Part shown: positions 1 to 12,863 of the stretch, in pieces
Position numbering within the stretch: position 1 is the stretch's first letter
How the letters are laid out: the number at the start of each line of letters is the position of its first letter
NCBI RefSeq assembly: GCF_009914755.1
Contig: NC_060947.1
Strand: one strand, 5' to 3'
Length of the DNA: 64,000 nucleotides
Source: the human T2T-CHM13v2.0 reference genome, Homo sapiens
Notes under the pieces: generated by a model
Told to the model about the DNA's origin: nothing
The model's database searches: none
The model's input: the letters and a program-made list of their open reading frames with translations, nothing else
Position numbers and translations under genes: made by a program

Positions 1-364
1 AGGATTTTAGTCACACAAGGGCACAATCTCCTTCCGCTTCCCTCCAAGATTTTGCTTTCCTATGGAAAGGCTTGGGTTTTGTTTGTTTCTTTGGGCTTCA
101 AATAGAGCAAATCCATTATATCTGGTATATTTATGTTTGGTTGTTATTTAAAAATTCATACAATTTTAAAGGAATAGAATAGCATATATGATTCCCTCCA
201 ACCTCTGACCCCTGATCCACTAGTTCTTCTCCCCAGAAACAAACTGCCATTACCAGATTCTTGGAAATCCTGAGAATTACTGCATGCATAAACAAGGCTT
301 GAATATTCTAAAATGGCTTTTGCTTAGGTAACCAAGTCTATCCATATTGTATGGAGACATCTTG

Positions 365-887
<523 letters not shown>

Positions 888-1880
888 TACATGCATCATT
901 TTTTAAAACAGTGATTAATGGAGTCCCCTTTCCCAATTTTTTAATACAAAGGTGTGGATGGGAGATTTGCAGCAAAGATAGGAAAGCAAAGATATAACCC
1001 ACAATCTTTACTCTTGCCAACAGCTCTTACCTTCTTTCCCACCAAAATTTTCCTTTGATAAAATGTCTTGCTGAGAGTTAGGCTAACTCACCAACCAGCT
1101 TTAATTTTGGTTGACAGGGTGCCGTAGAAGACCTTTGCTAGCCAGACTGTGAGCTTCTTGCAGACAGGAATTATGTCCTGCATCACTGTGTGCTCAGAAC
1201 CTCAGGAAGAACAAACTGATGTAGGCACCAGGAAATAGGTGCTTTTATTACATTCTCATTTTATGCCTTAGAAGCACTGCAAATGGTAGGTATTCTTATT
1301 TCTGTTTTAAACAATGAGAAAACTGAGGCTTAAGGAGGTGTAAAAAATACTTTCTTTTAAAAAAAATACACCTCTCCCCCACCATCATAAAAACCCCAAC
1401 TTTGGCCATAGAGTTCATTGGTGGTGGAGCACTGCAAACATTAGCTGTCCCATGTGGCTTTGACTCTGACACAATTGGTCCTCTTGCTTCAGGGAACTGG
1501 ATACCATCCATCCCTCCCATGGGTTGGCCTAGGCTCTGTTACTTCAGAGTTTTCTTGACGAGTTTCAAGGTAACCAGGTCATCCTGTTCTACATATTTTT
1601 CTGGGATTGAGGTCAAGGAGCAGCATGATCCTCTCTTAAATGGGTCAGAGGAGGAGGACTCCTGTGGCTCCCTGAAAGGTCAAGCCCCTTCATGCTAACT
1701 ACACCGTCTTCCCTTCTCTTCCAGCTTATGTCCTGGGCTGGGCTCTGGACAGGGAGCAGAGGCAGATGTGCGCATGTGTTCTGGAGGACTTTTATATGTC
1801 CGATGGTGTGTTAGGCACTATGTGGAGTGGAGGCAGAGGGAACTCCAGAAAAGATAAATTATCTTATGGTGGAGACAAAA

Positions 1881-2158
1881 GGTAGTATTGGCAACAAACA
1901 TGACCTCTGGAATCAGATAGTTTTGGGTTCCAGGCCTGACTCTTTGACTCACTTATTAGTTGTGCGACCTTAGGCAATTTATTTAACCTTTCTGTAGCTC
2001 AGTTTCCTTGTATGCAAACAGGAGGAAAATAATAATCTCTTACATAATAGGATTGCTATGAAGAATATATGAACTAATATGTGTAAGACATTGACTGTAG
2101 TGCCAGGCACCTAGTAAGCACTCAGTAAGGAATAACTACTGCCATTATTGTTGTTACT
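1881..2158 (+). mobile_element. MIR SINE, near full length
   Basis: MIR core (TGTGCGACCTTAGGCAATTTATTTAACCTTTCTGTAGCTCAGTTTCCT) and tail (GTGCCAGGCACCTAGTAAGCACTCAGTAA). Confidence 0.8.
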
Positions 2159-3155
2159 AACAACAGTATGAGACTAATAAGTGATTAGTGTATAAGTACC
2201 AACAAATACCAATGGAGTTCAGAAAAAGAATGCTTAATTTTTGTGACTTATCCAGGAAATCTCTAGAGGAGACAGAAGAAGTGGAATGAAATATTCCAGG
2301 TGGAGCAAATATGAAAGTGGGAGGCTGAACTGAACTGGAGTGGGGAACAAAAAGAAGAAACAAACGCAACATCTGGCACCCTTGAGCTCTACCACCAGCT
2401 CACCTGTTGTCACTACCAATATGTCCAGTCCTTTATGGCTCTCCATTTTGGAGTGCCCTGAATTACTGGCTGCAGTTTTGACTTGGCCAGCTAGTTGGCC
2501 AGCTGCTCTGACTGAGCTTGAGGGTGTCTGTGCCTTGGTGGAGTTGACACGGGTCCTAACTCTGCAACTTGGTTTGTAGGTTCAAAGCCTAATTTTTATC
2601 AGCTTACCCAGGGCTGTTGGTTTCTAGTGGATTGGGTCACACTCCCCAACATTACAAAACACTTCTTAATAAATCACCAGGCTGATAAGTCGATTGATGA
2701 TGAGAGAGAGACCTTTATAGAGATGAGAACACTTGTGTGTATCAGCCCTTTCTGATATCAAGGTACCTGAAGCCAAATTAAACAGGGACTGTTTTATAAC
2801 CTAAAATCAGAACCTAATGGAGTTGAAAAGTCTCATGAGCGAGACCATATAGGCTTTGGTAGTCCATGGAAAACTGTACCTTTTTGCATGTCTGTCATAG
2901 CTTTGTAGTGTGACCAGAATGTGTGTCCTGTTCTCTCTCCACTGCTGGAGAAACATCAGTAACAATTTTTCTCTTGGATGTTCCTGTTTTCAATTCCATG
3001 CAAATGCTGTTTGTGTGCTATGGCCATGCTATTCTCTTGAATTTCTTTTTTCTTGACAAGATTTTTGAGTTGCCTACTTCTCAGCGACAACATAGTGATT
3101 CTCTCATTGAGTGTTCTTTTTGGCTTTGTTCTCAAACACTAGGAATGTTTCCAAG

Positions 3156-3283
3156 CAGGGCCGCCACGAATGGCTATGCACTGCACAACCCTAGGAGAGG
3201 GTGCCATTCACATAGACTATAATTGAATGGCGCCACTAGGGTTGTGCAGTGCACAACCTACACAACTGTACTCGGCGGCCCTG
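3156..3283. mobile_element. hAT-type MITE (MER91C-like) hosting the MIR652 hairpin
   Basis: Perfect 10-bp terminal inverted repeats CAGGGCCGCC (3156-3165) and GGCGGCCCTG (3274-3283) with an internal palindrome; family name recalled. Confidence 0.75.
3166..3263 (+). ncRNA. MIR652: pre-miRNA mir-652 (5p arm ~3186-3210; 3p arm 3226-3246 AATGGCGCCACTAGGGTTGTG)
   Basis: Long hairpin TGCACTGCACAACCCTAG...CTAGGGTTGTGCAGTGCA; matches the recalled hsa-mir-652 precursor and mature 3p sequence. Confidence 0.95.
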
Positions 3284-3464
3284 GCATAATGTAATGTCAG
3301 TACTTTCTTCATCAAGGTACCAGTTTGGGATTGTCCTCAGGGTAAGGGGGCTGAAGCAGTGAGCTGCTGCTGTGACCAGGAAAGGAAGAAAGAAGTAAAG
3401 TTGTGGCTTTGGGAGAATTATCTTCTCTGTAAATGAGAGCCATCATATAGGAGAACTACGTACC

Positions 3465-3830
3465 TTCGTTCTTTCAGTAAATAGTTTTTTAAGTGCCTAC
3501 TATGTGAGGGTTGAAGAACAGGGAGGGGTTTGCATAGGAGGGAGCATTTGAACTGGGCTTTGTGAAAGAAGTAGAATATTAACATGTGAAGATGAGTCAG
3601 GAGGAGAGAATCTCAGGGGGAAGGAATAGCGAGAAGAAAGACAGATGGGAGACCACAAGGGATATATGGGTAATGGTGCATAATTCATCTTGGTTGGATA
3701 GAAAAGCATGTAAAAGGGAGTAGTGAGCAATGATGCTGGTCGGGGGTCAAATGATGATGCAGGAGGGGAGGGAGTTGAATGCCCAATTAAGGAATTTGGA
3801 CTTTTATTTATCAAGCAATAAGGAGCTATC
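3465..3830 (-). mobile_element. Degenerate L2 fragment
   Basis: Purine-rich L2-like sequence (TTAAGGAATTTGGACTTTTATTTTATCAAGCAATAAGGAGC). Confidence 0.55.
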
Positions 3831-4721
3831 CAAAGTTTGTTTTTTAAACAGCTTTATTGGGTTATAATCATATACCATATAATTCATTCATTTAAAGTGT
3901 ACAATTGAATGTTTTTAGTATATTCACATATATGTGCAACCACCACCACAGTCAAATTTAGAACATTTTCATCATCCAAAAAATAACTCCATACGATTTA
4001 GCTCACCCCCCTCCCTACCTTTCCCCCACTCACCAGCCCTAAGCAATTGTTAATCTACTTTCTGTTTCTATAGATTTTATCTATTCTGGACATTTCATAG
4101 AAATTGAGTAATTATAATATGTGACCTTTTTCCACTGGCTTCTTTCACTTAGTATGTTTTCGAGATTCATCTGTGTTTAGCATGTATCAGTACTTCACTT
4201 ATTTTTATGGCCAATTAATATTCCATTTTAAGGATATGCCACATTTTATGTATCCATTTGTCTGTTGGTGAGCATTTGGGTTGTTTCTGCCTTTTGGCTA
4301 TTACAGATAATACTTCTGTGAACATCTGTAAGTTTTCAGGTGCACATAGGTTTTTATTTCCCTTGGACATAGGTTTTCATTTCCCCCAGGTATAGGAGTG
4401 GAATTGCTGAGTCATATGATAACTCTATGTTTAACCTCTCAAGGAGCTGCCAGACTGTTTCTCTAAAATGGCAGCATCATTTTACATCCCTACCGACAGT
4501 ATAAAAGGGTTCCAATTTCTCCACATCCTCATGCACACTTGTGTTTGCCTTTTATATTTTGGCCATGCTAGTGGGTATGAAGTGTCATCTCATTGTGGAT
4601 TTGATTTGCATTTCCCTGATGACTAATGATGTTGAACATCTTTTCATGTGCATGTTGAGTACCCGTGTGTTTTCTTTGGAGAGATGTCTGTTCAAGGTTA
4701 TTTATCTTTTTATTGTTGAGT

Positions 4722-6327
4722 TTTTTTAATACTTTAGCTATTTTTAATGTATATATTTAAGGTTTTCAACTTAATGATTATATATATATATGGAAATCAC
4801 CACAATCAAGATAACACATGCATTACATCATAGAGTTATCATTTATGTGTGTATGCGTGTGTGTGTGTGTTGGAAATACTTAGGATCTATTCTTATAGCA
4901 AATTTTAAGTATACAGTACAGTATTTTCACCTATAGTCGCCATGCTGTACATTAGATATCCAGGACTTACTTGTCCTGGAAAACTAAAACTTTGTACTTT
5001 TTGACTAACATCTTACTTTCCCAGCACCAGCCCCAGCTAACCATCATTTTATACTCAGCTTCTATGAGTTAGACTAATTTACATTTCATATTTATGTGAC
5101 ATCATAAGATATTTTTCTTTCTGGCTCATTTCACTTAACATAATGTCCTTTGGGTCCTTCTGTGTTACTGCAAATGATAGGATATCCTTCTTTTTAAAGG
5201 CTGGATAATATACCACATTTTCTTTATTCATGCATCCATCGATGAACATTTATCTTGTTTCTATATCTTTGCTATTGTGAATAATGGTGCAAGGAATATA
5301 GGAGTGCAGATATCCCTTTGAGATCTTGATTTCAACTGTTGGATAAGTATTCCAGAAGTGGGATTGCTGTGTCATAGAATAGGTCTTTTTTTTTTTTTTT
5401 TTTTGAAACTATACTATTTTTGATAATGGCTCTATTGATCTCCATCAGCAGTTTTCCAGGGTTCTGTTTTCTCCACACCCTTCCCAATATTGCCATCTTT
5501 TGCATTTTTTATAATAGCCATTCTGACAAGGGTGACATGAGATCTCACTGTGGTTTTCATTTGCATATCCCCAATGATTAGTGATGTTGAGCACCTTTTC
5601 ATATACCTGTTGTCCATTTGTATGCCTTCTTTGGAAAAATGTCTATTCAGATCCTTTGCCCATTTTAAAATTGGGTTATTTGTATTTCTGCTATTGAGTT
5701 TATGAGTTCTTTACATATTTTAAATATTGACATCAAATTTGTGGTTTGCAAATATTTGCTATATAGCTTTTTAGGTTGATGTAGTCCTAATTGTTTTTGT
5801 TTGTTTGTTTTTTACTTTTCTTGCACGTGCTTTTGATGTCATATTCAAAAAATCATTGCCAAGACCAATTTCAAGAAGTTTTTCCTATGTTTTCTTCTAG
5901 GAGTTTTATGGTTTCAGATGTTACATTTAAGTCTTAAGCCCATTTTGAGTTGGTTTTTGTGTGTGGTGTAAGATAAGAGTCTGATTTCATTACTTTGCGT
6001 GTGGATATCCAGTTACCCCAACATCATTTGTTCAAGCAAGCATCTTTTCCCCCATTGTGTATTTTTGACCCTCTAAGGTTCTTTATTCCTTTTCATCCTT
6101 TTTTTTCTTTTTCTCTTCTGATGAGGTAATTTTAAATAACTGTTCTTCAAATTTGCTGGTTCTTTCTTCTGCTTGATAAATCTCCTGTTTTTAGTTGAGT
6201 CATTGTATTCCTCAGCTCCAGAATTTGTTTGGCTGTTGTTTACAGTTTCTATCTTTTTATTTAACTTTTCATTTTGATCATACATTGTTTTCCTGATTTC
6301 ATTGAGTTGTCCATCTGTTAATTTTCT
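4722..6327 (-). mobile_element. Nested L1MA-like element with a large internal deletion (ORF1 fragment joined to ORF2 C-terminus and 3'UTR)
   Basis: 15-bp TSD TTTTTATTGTTGAGT (4707-4721 and 6328-6342); ORF 5432..5617 is ORF2 C-terminal-like; ORF 6073..6285 resembles the ORF1p coiled coil. Confidence 0.7.
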
Positions 6328-6420
6328 TTTTTATTGTTGAGTCTTAAGAGCTATTTATTCTGAATACTAGACTCCTATTAGATACATGATTTGCAGATTT
6401 TTTCTCCCATTCTTTGGGTC

Positions 6421-6767
6421 CCCTCCCCTCCCCTCCCCTTTCTTTCTTTTTTTTTTTTTTGAGACAGAGTCTCACTCTGATGCCCAGGCTGGAGTGTGCA
6501 GTGGTGTGATCTCAGCTCACTGCAACCTCTGCCTCCCTGGTTCAAGCACTTCTCCTGCCTCAGCAGGAGAAGTAATCCCAAGTAGCTGGGATTACAGGCA
6601 TGTGATGTGCCACAACGCCTGGCTAATTTTTTTTTTTTTTAATTTTTAGTAGAGACAGAGTTTTGCTGTGTGGGCCAGGCTGGTCTCAAACTCCTGACCT
6701 CAAGTGATCTGCCTGCCTCGGCCTCCCAAAGTGCTGGGATTACAGGTGTGAGCCACCATGCTCAGTC
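6421..6767 (-). mobile_element. AluS with (CCCCT)n/poly-T tail
   Basis: Reverse Alu body; contains an internal inserted hairpin at 6548-6573. Confidence 0.92.
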
Positions 6768-7468
6768 TGGGATGTCTTTTCACTTTCTTAATAGTGTCAT
6801 TTGAAGCATGAAATATTTTAATTTTGGTGAAGTACAGTATATTTATTTTTTCTTTTGTTGCTTGTGCTTTTGGTTACATCTTAGAGTCTGTTACCAAATC
6901 CTAGGTCATGACATGTATCCCTATGCTTTCTTTTACAAGTTTTATAGTTTTTGCTCTTACAGTTAGGTCTTTGATTTTGAGTGAATTTTTGTATATGGGT
7001 TATGAGGTAGGGGTCCAACTTAATTCTTTTGCCTGTGGATAACCAGTTGTCCCAGCATCATTTGTTGAAGAGACTGTTCTTTCTACCATTGGATGGTCTT
7101 GATACCTTAGTCAAAAATCACTTCTGAGGATTTATTTCAGTACTCTCAATTCTATTCTGTTGGTCTCTGTGTCTTTCCTTAGGTTAGTACCACACTGTCT
7201 TTGTTACTGTTGCTTTGCCATAAGTTGAAATCAGGCTGTGTAAGTCCTCCCACTTTTTCTTTTCAAGGTTGGTTTGGCTGTTTGGGGTCCCTTGCATTTC
7301 CATATGAATTTTAAAATCAGCGTGTCAGTTTCTACAAAAAAAAATGTCAGCTGGGATTCTGATACGTACTGTGATGAATCTGTCATTTAAAACTTTCAAG
7401 GAGGAGTGTAACAGGATCAGAATGCTATTTTAAGAATAGGAACCTGACAATACTATATAAAATTAGAG

Positions 7469-7683
7469 CAAGCTTGTCCAGCCTGTGGACTGCATGTAGC
7501 CCAAGACAGCTTTGAATGCAGCCCAACACAAATTCATAAATTTTCTTAAAACATTATGAGATTTTTTTGCAATTATTTTAAAAAGATCATCAGCTATCAT
7601 TAGTGTTAGTGTATTTTATGTGTAGACCGAGACAATTCTTCTTCCAGTGTGGCTCAGGGAAGCCAAAAGATTGGACACCCGTG
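7469..7683 (-). mobile_element. MER30 (hAT-Charlie MITE)
   Basis: Matches the recalled MER30 consensus; perfect 8-bp TSD AATTAGAG at 7461-7468 and 7684-7691. Confidence 0.88.
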
Positions 7684-7817
7684 AATTAGAGTGATGAAGG
7701 AAAAACACTGGATACTTGGAGATCAGATAGGAAACTGCTGTAGTAGTTTAAGAAAATGATAGGGACCAAACTAGGAAAAGATAGTGAGGGTGGATTTCAG
7801 ATGTATTGAAAAGGTTG

Positions 7818-8135
7818 GGCTGGGTGCAGTGGCTCACACTAGTAATCTTAGTGCTTTGGGAGGCTGAGGTGGGAGGATCACTTGAAGCCAGGAGCTTGAG
7901 ACCAATCTGGGTAACAAAATGAGACCCCATATGTACAAAAAATAAAAAATAAAAATAGCTAGGTGTGGTGGCACATGCCTGTAGTCCTAACTACTCAGGA
8001 GGCTGAGGTGAGAGGATTGCTTGAGCCTAGGAGTTTGAGGCTGCAGTGAGCCATGATCACACCAATGCACTCCAGACTGGGTGACAAACCAAGACCCTGT
8101 CTGAAAAAAAAAAAAAAAAAAGAAAAGAAAAAGAA
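7818..8135 (+). mobile_element. AluJ
   Basis: Alu dimer with AluJ diagnostics (GGAGGATCACTTGA, GAGGCTGCAGTGAGC) and an A tail. Confidence 0.92.
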
Positions 8136-8254
8136 AAGGTCTAAGTGACAAGACAGGATTTGGGGACTGAATACATGTGGGGCTGAGAAAGGTGGGGGAT
8201 CAGGGGTAACTCTGAGGTGTGAAGAGAGGCTAATGGATTAGATTATAGTACCTT

Positions 8255-8685
8255 TTAAAACTTTGTATTATTTTGAAATGACTTTTGACTTACAGAAGAG
8301 TTGTAAAGATATTACAGAGAATTCCTGTATATCCTTCACCCAGCTTCCCCTAATGTTAACATTTTACATAACTATGGTAAAATTATTAAAACTGAAAAAT
8401 TAGCATTTATACAATGCAATATGAACTTAACTACAGTCTTTATTTGGGTTTTACCAGTTTTTTTCACAAATGTCCCTTTTCTGTTGCAGGATCTATTTAG
8501 GATCCTTAATTGCATTTAGATATGATCTCTCTTTAGTCTTCTCTAATCTGTGGTAGTTCCTTAGTCTTTGCCTTTCACAACCTTGACTATTTTGAAGAGT
8601 ACTGTTCAGTTTACTCTGTAGAATGCCCCTGATTTGGGTTTATCTGATGTTTTTTCATGATTCCATTGAGATTATACAATTTGGG
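8255..8685 (-). mobile_element. L1MC-like 3' fragment
   Basis: GACTTACAGAAGAGTTGTAAAGATA...CCTTCACCCAGCTTCCCCTAATGTTAACAT. Confidence 0.65.
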
Positions 8686-9019
8686 CATCCAATAAGGACG
8701 ATGCTATCAATAGCTCATACTTATTTTATTCCCTACAGTGTGCCAGGCATTTGAACTAGGTACCTCAAGCATTTAAATTTTACAGTTACCCTATGAAATA
8801 ATACTATTGTAATCCTCACTTGACAGATAAGGGAACTGAGCCTAAAGGGTTAAGTATTCTCTGTAGGCAGCTGGACAAGGGAAGTTGAGTAATATGTCAG
8901 AATGTTGTTATTGCAAACATGGAATTAAAACAAGTGAAGTTAGAGGAATTGAAAATTTAATATGATTTGTTGCTGAATTGGCTCATAGTAGGGATGAATT
9001 TTCTATTGAAATCAGGATA

Positions 9020-9265
9020 ATTATAGCTATTATGTATTGAGTGCTAGCTATGTGCTAGGCATTGTGCCAAATGCTTTTCTTGCTTTGTTTCATTTTGTCC
9101 TCTCCCAAACCTTGTGAGACATAGATACTATTTTTGTCTCTATTTTACAGATGAAAATTCCTCTAATCTCTTGCCCAAGGCCAGAGTGCTGGTGAGTGGC
9201 AGAGCCACCATGTGGATCCAAGTTTGTCTTAACTCTAAAGCCTGTATTCTTTAACCACTTGGCAA
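9020..9265 (-). mobile_element. MIR SINE
   Basis: TATTGAGTGCT...TGTGCTAGGCATTGTGC...ATTTTACAGATGA. Confidence 0.7.
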
Positions 9266-9779
9266 TGCTAACTGTCCTCCTTCCATCTTCTTAGTAGGGA
9301 TGAATTTGCCAATGGGACTAGAAAACATGATATTTATGGGCTTGGATGTAGACACTGCTTGGTTGTGGACATTACCAAATACATGTTTGCAACTCTCCTT
9401 ATTTTATACCTCAGTGGTTGGTCAACCCCATTCTTTCTTTGGGTATATTTCAAGCAGGTTACAATCTGGTCTTTCAAGTCTGGGATTTTAACGCTTAACT
9501 CTTAGTAGGCACTCTTATTTCCCTTTTATTCAAATTCTTGAGGGAAGCTTCTTTATAAACTCCTTAGACTGACAAAAATAGTAAAATCTCAGAAATAGGC
9601 AAATCAAGGGAGATAATGAAATCACCAGAATGGGCGTTTAACCGTGGAGTGTAAGGGAAGCTTTCCTGGAGAAAATAGTTTAATTTTGCATTTGAAGGGT
9701 AGATAAGAGCCACAAGAGGAAAGTTGGAAAAACCATCTGGAAGAGGGAATAGGATTAGCAAAGGCACAATTTCTTGATG

Positions 9780-10560
9780 TTAGAGATTTAAATTTAAAAA
9801 ATAAAATTATGAAAATGTTAAGAAAACAATAGGTGACTCTGTAATCCCACTGTTATAAAAGATTTTCAAAGCGTGATATCAAAGACAGAAGCCATAAAGG
9901 GAATGACAAATACATCTGATTACATAAAGATTTAAAAAGCTTCCATAAATAAAAACCTATCATAAACAGAGCTGCAACAATGACAGCCTGGGAAAATTTT
10001 TTGCAATAAATTTCAGTCTATATTAGCTGTCATTAATATATAAATAGCTCTTTACAACTCAGTTGAAAAGAACACACCAGCTGAAAAACAGTCAAAGTGC
10101 ACAGATGGTCACATCCCAAAAGAAGAAATATGGCTGGCCAATATACCTGTTAGAAAATAGTTTAACATTTCTGGTAATCTGAGGCATGCAAATTGTGTGT
10201 GTGTGTGTGTTTTGCCTGTTAAACACGTGATAATTACCAAATGATAATGACCTGTTTGTCAGGTTGCAGCAGAAAACAGATCCTTGTATATTGCTGGAGG
10301 GAATAGCAATTTAAATAATTTTTCTGGAGGGCAGTTTAGCATTATGGGTCAAAAGCCTTCAAATGGATATTCCCTTTGAAGATCTAGACTGTCTTCTATC
10401 AATGTGGGCTAAGGAAATAGTAAAGGAACTGAAAATTTAGATGTAATTTACATGTGCAACCAGAGGATATTGGTTGAGTAAATTATTGCATATCCATATA
10501 ATTGAATAAAATGAAGGTATTGGAAAATGAGATAGTAGAAGTGTAGTAATTGACACAAAT
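9780..10560 (+). mobile_element. Old L1ME-like ORF2 3' region
   Basis: A-rich degenerate L1 ORF2 C-terminal-like sequence. Confidence 0.5.
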
Positions 10561-12509
10561 ACGTTCAGGGTACAGCTTGACATAACGCGCAAGGCTGTCA
10601 TGCTGGAGAGGTAGGCAGGATCTAGAGCAAAGAAGGCCTTGTCCGCCATCCGAAGAACCTTGAGCTTTTTTGGTAGGTAGTGGCAAGCCATGGAAGGATT
10701 TAAAATGGCAGATCAGAGGGGCATTTTAGATAGATCCCTCTTGTAGCAGTGTGCCTGGAGGCAGGAGACCAGTAAGGAAATTATTGCAGTGGTCCTGAAA
10801 GAGATGATGAGGGCCCAAGGGTATGAAGTAGATGGAGTCATAGGACCAACTTTGGGCAGCCCAGAGAGTTAATCTTCCTTATGGTGGGTAACAGTCATAA
10901 GCACTTGGCCTCAGCGATCCCCAGATAGCTATGTGCCATCCCAGGAGGTGCTGACAGGAGAACTGGAGCTTGGGGAGATTGTGTGCTAGGCCAAACACCA
11001 CTCTCCTGTACCTCTCTCACTCTGTTTCCCTTTCATTTAGTTTGCCCATATCCCTTCATTGCTTACCCTGGCTAGCCTCTCATTTAGGATGGCCTGTGGT
11101 CACTGGCCCTCCTTCCCAATTACATTTCTCATAGTACTAACACTTGCTCCAGTGTACAAAAGCTATCTTCTTTAAGTGCTATGAAAATGAGGATTGTTGA
11201 ATGTAACACTGGGGTGGAGCAGAAGTGGATGGGAGGCTGAACAATGGTGGCAGTGAACTTGGGGCTGATATGACTGGGGGAACAGGAATGGGAAGCAGGC
11301 CAGGTGTTGGCTGAGAGGTTCGGTAGAGAAGGTGGGAACCTGGAACCAGAGAGGTTCGCAGGTAGAGGATGAACTGGGATAACAGCTGATGCCTAGATTG
11401 GATGCTTAGGAAAGAACTAAAGGTTAGTACAGGGATCTTTCCTGAGGAAGCTGAGAGAGTGTGTGGTTTTGAATGGAACCGTGGATTTTTTCTGGGAAAA
11501 CCAGCCAAAAAAGACCTCAGTTTTATAAGGATTGCAAGTGCCCACCAGACCTGGGGATGAGGCAGGTGGGAGCTATAATGAACCTGTCTTTGGGACTCTG
11601 AAACTCATCTATGTAAATGCAATTTGCTGTCCAGTTGAGTTTGTGTTTTGAGATGTCTCACACTGTAGAGAGTAGATCTTATGAGCTGGCTGATGGCACA
11701 GGTGTGGGGCTGTTGGGGTGACTCCCTGTGTGCCATGTGGTCAAGGGCCAGGGCTAGAGTCTAAAGAAAAGGAGCTCTCATGAGCCCTGGTATGTGTCAG
11801 GTGTGAAGTGGAAAGTGCATTGAACTGGGAGTTAAGGGACCTGGGCTCTCATCAGAAAGCTTGTCAGAACCTTTTCCCCTCAGTTTCCTCATCTCTGAAA
11901 TGGGGTTTAATAACATGGTTCTGCCTGCCTCCCAGGTGATGGGAAAGTGGAAGTGCTCTGTAGCACTTCTCTATATGCTACCTGCTCATGCCTTTTGTTT
12001 CAGGTGCTGAGCTGGGCAGATGTCAGCATGAATGCAAAGTGCCAAGTTGGTACTGGGGTATGCTCAGATATATTCTCATCTTTGTACCATCCTTGTTTGA
12101 ACTTCTAAGTCTCATCTCTTCCTATTCTATTTGCAGCCAAAGTGATAGTTTAGCTTTTCACCTCCTAGTCTAAAAATGCATGCCACCAAAATTTTCAGGC
12201 AGTTGGAAGCCAAGCAAAGAAGAAAGCAAGGATATTCAGACCAAGGCTGGGGGCCCTTGCACCTCTGAATTAAAATGTTAGTTCCATGTGGCTCTGTTGG
12301 CTAATGTTGAATATGAATGTGACTCTAGCATGACAGGGTGAAGAGGTTCAGTATCAGAAATCTGAGAAGTTGCTAAAGGAGGCCATGAGTTTTCTGGAAA
12401 TGCAATATGAATAATCAGGAATCCCCAGATAACTGTGTACCATCATAGGAGGTGGAATGTAATGTAATAAATAATCTTTCAATCAGATACATTTAGTTAT
12501 ATCAAGTCA

Positions 12510-12863
<354 letters not shown>

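Larger units (their letters stand above)
3840..7385 (-). mobile_element. L1MB-like 3' portion, interrupted by a nested L1MA-like element (4722-6327) and an Alu
   Basis: Typical antisense L1MB 3' end (CAGCTTTATTGGGTTATAAT...TTTAAAGTGTACAATT); the sequence resumes after 6342. Confidence 0.8.

Noticed and set aside
2340-2600. Overlapping ORFs on both strands with a near-palindrome TGGCCAGCTAGTTGGCCA; considered as a processed pseudogene
   Set aside because: No protein I recognise, and no poly-A tail or TSD. A BLASTX/Dfam search would be needed, so it is not supportable from sequence alone.
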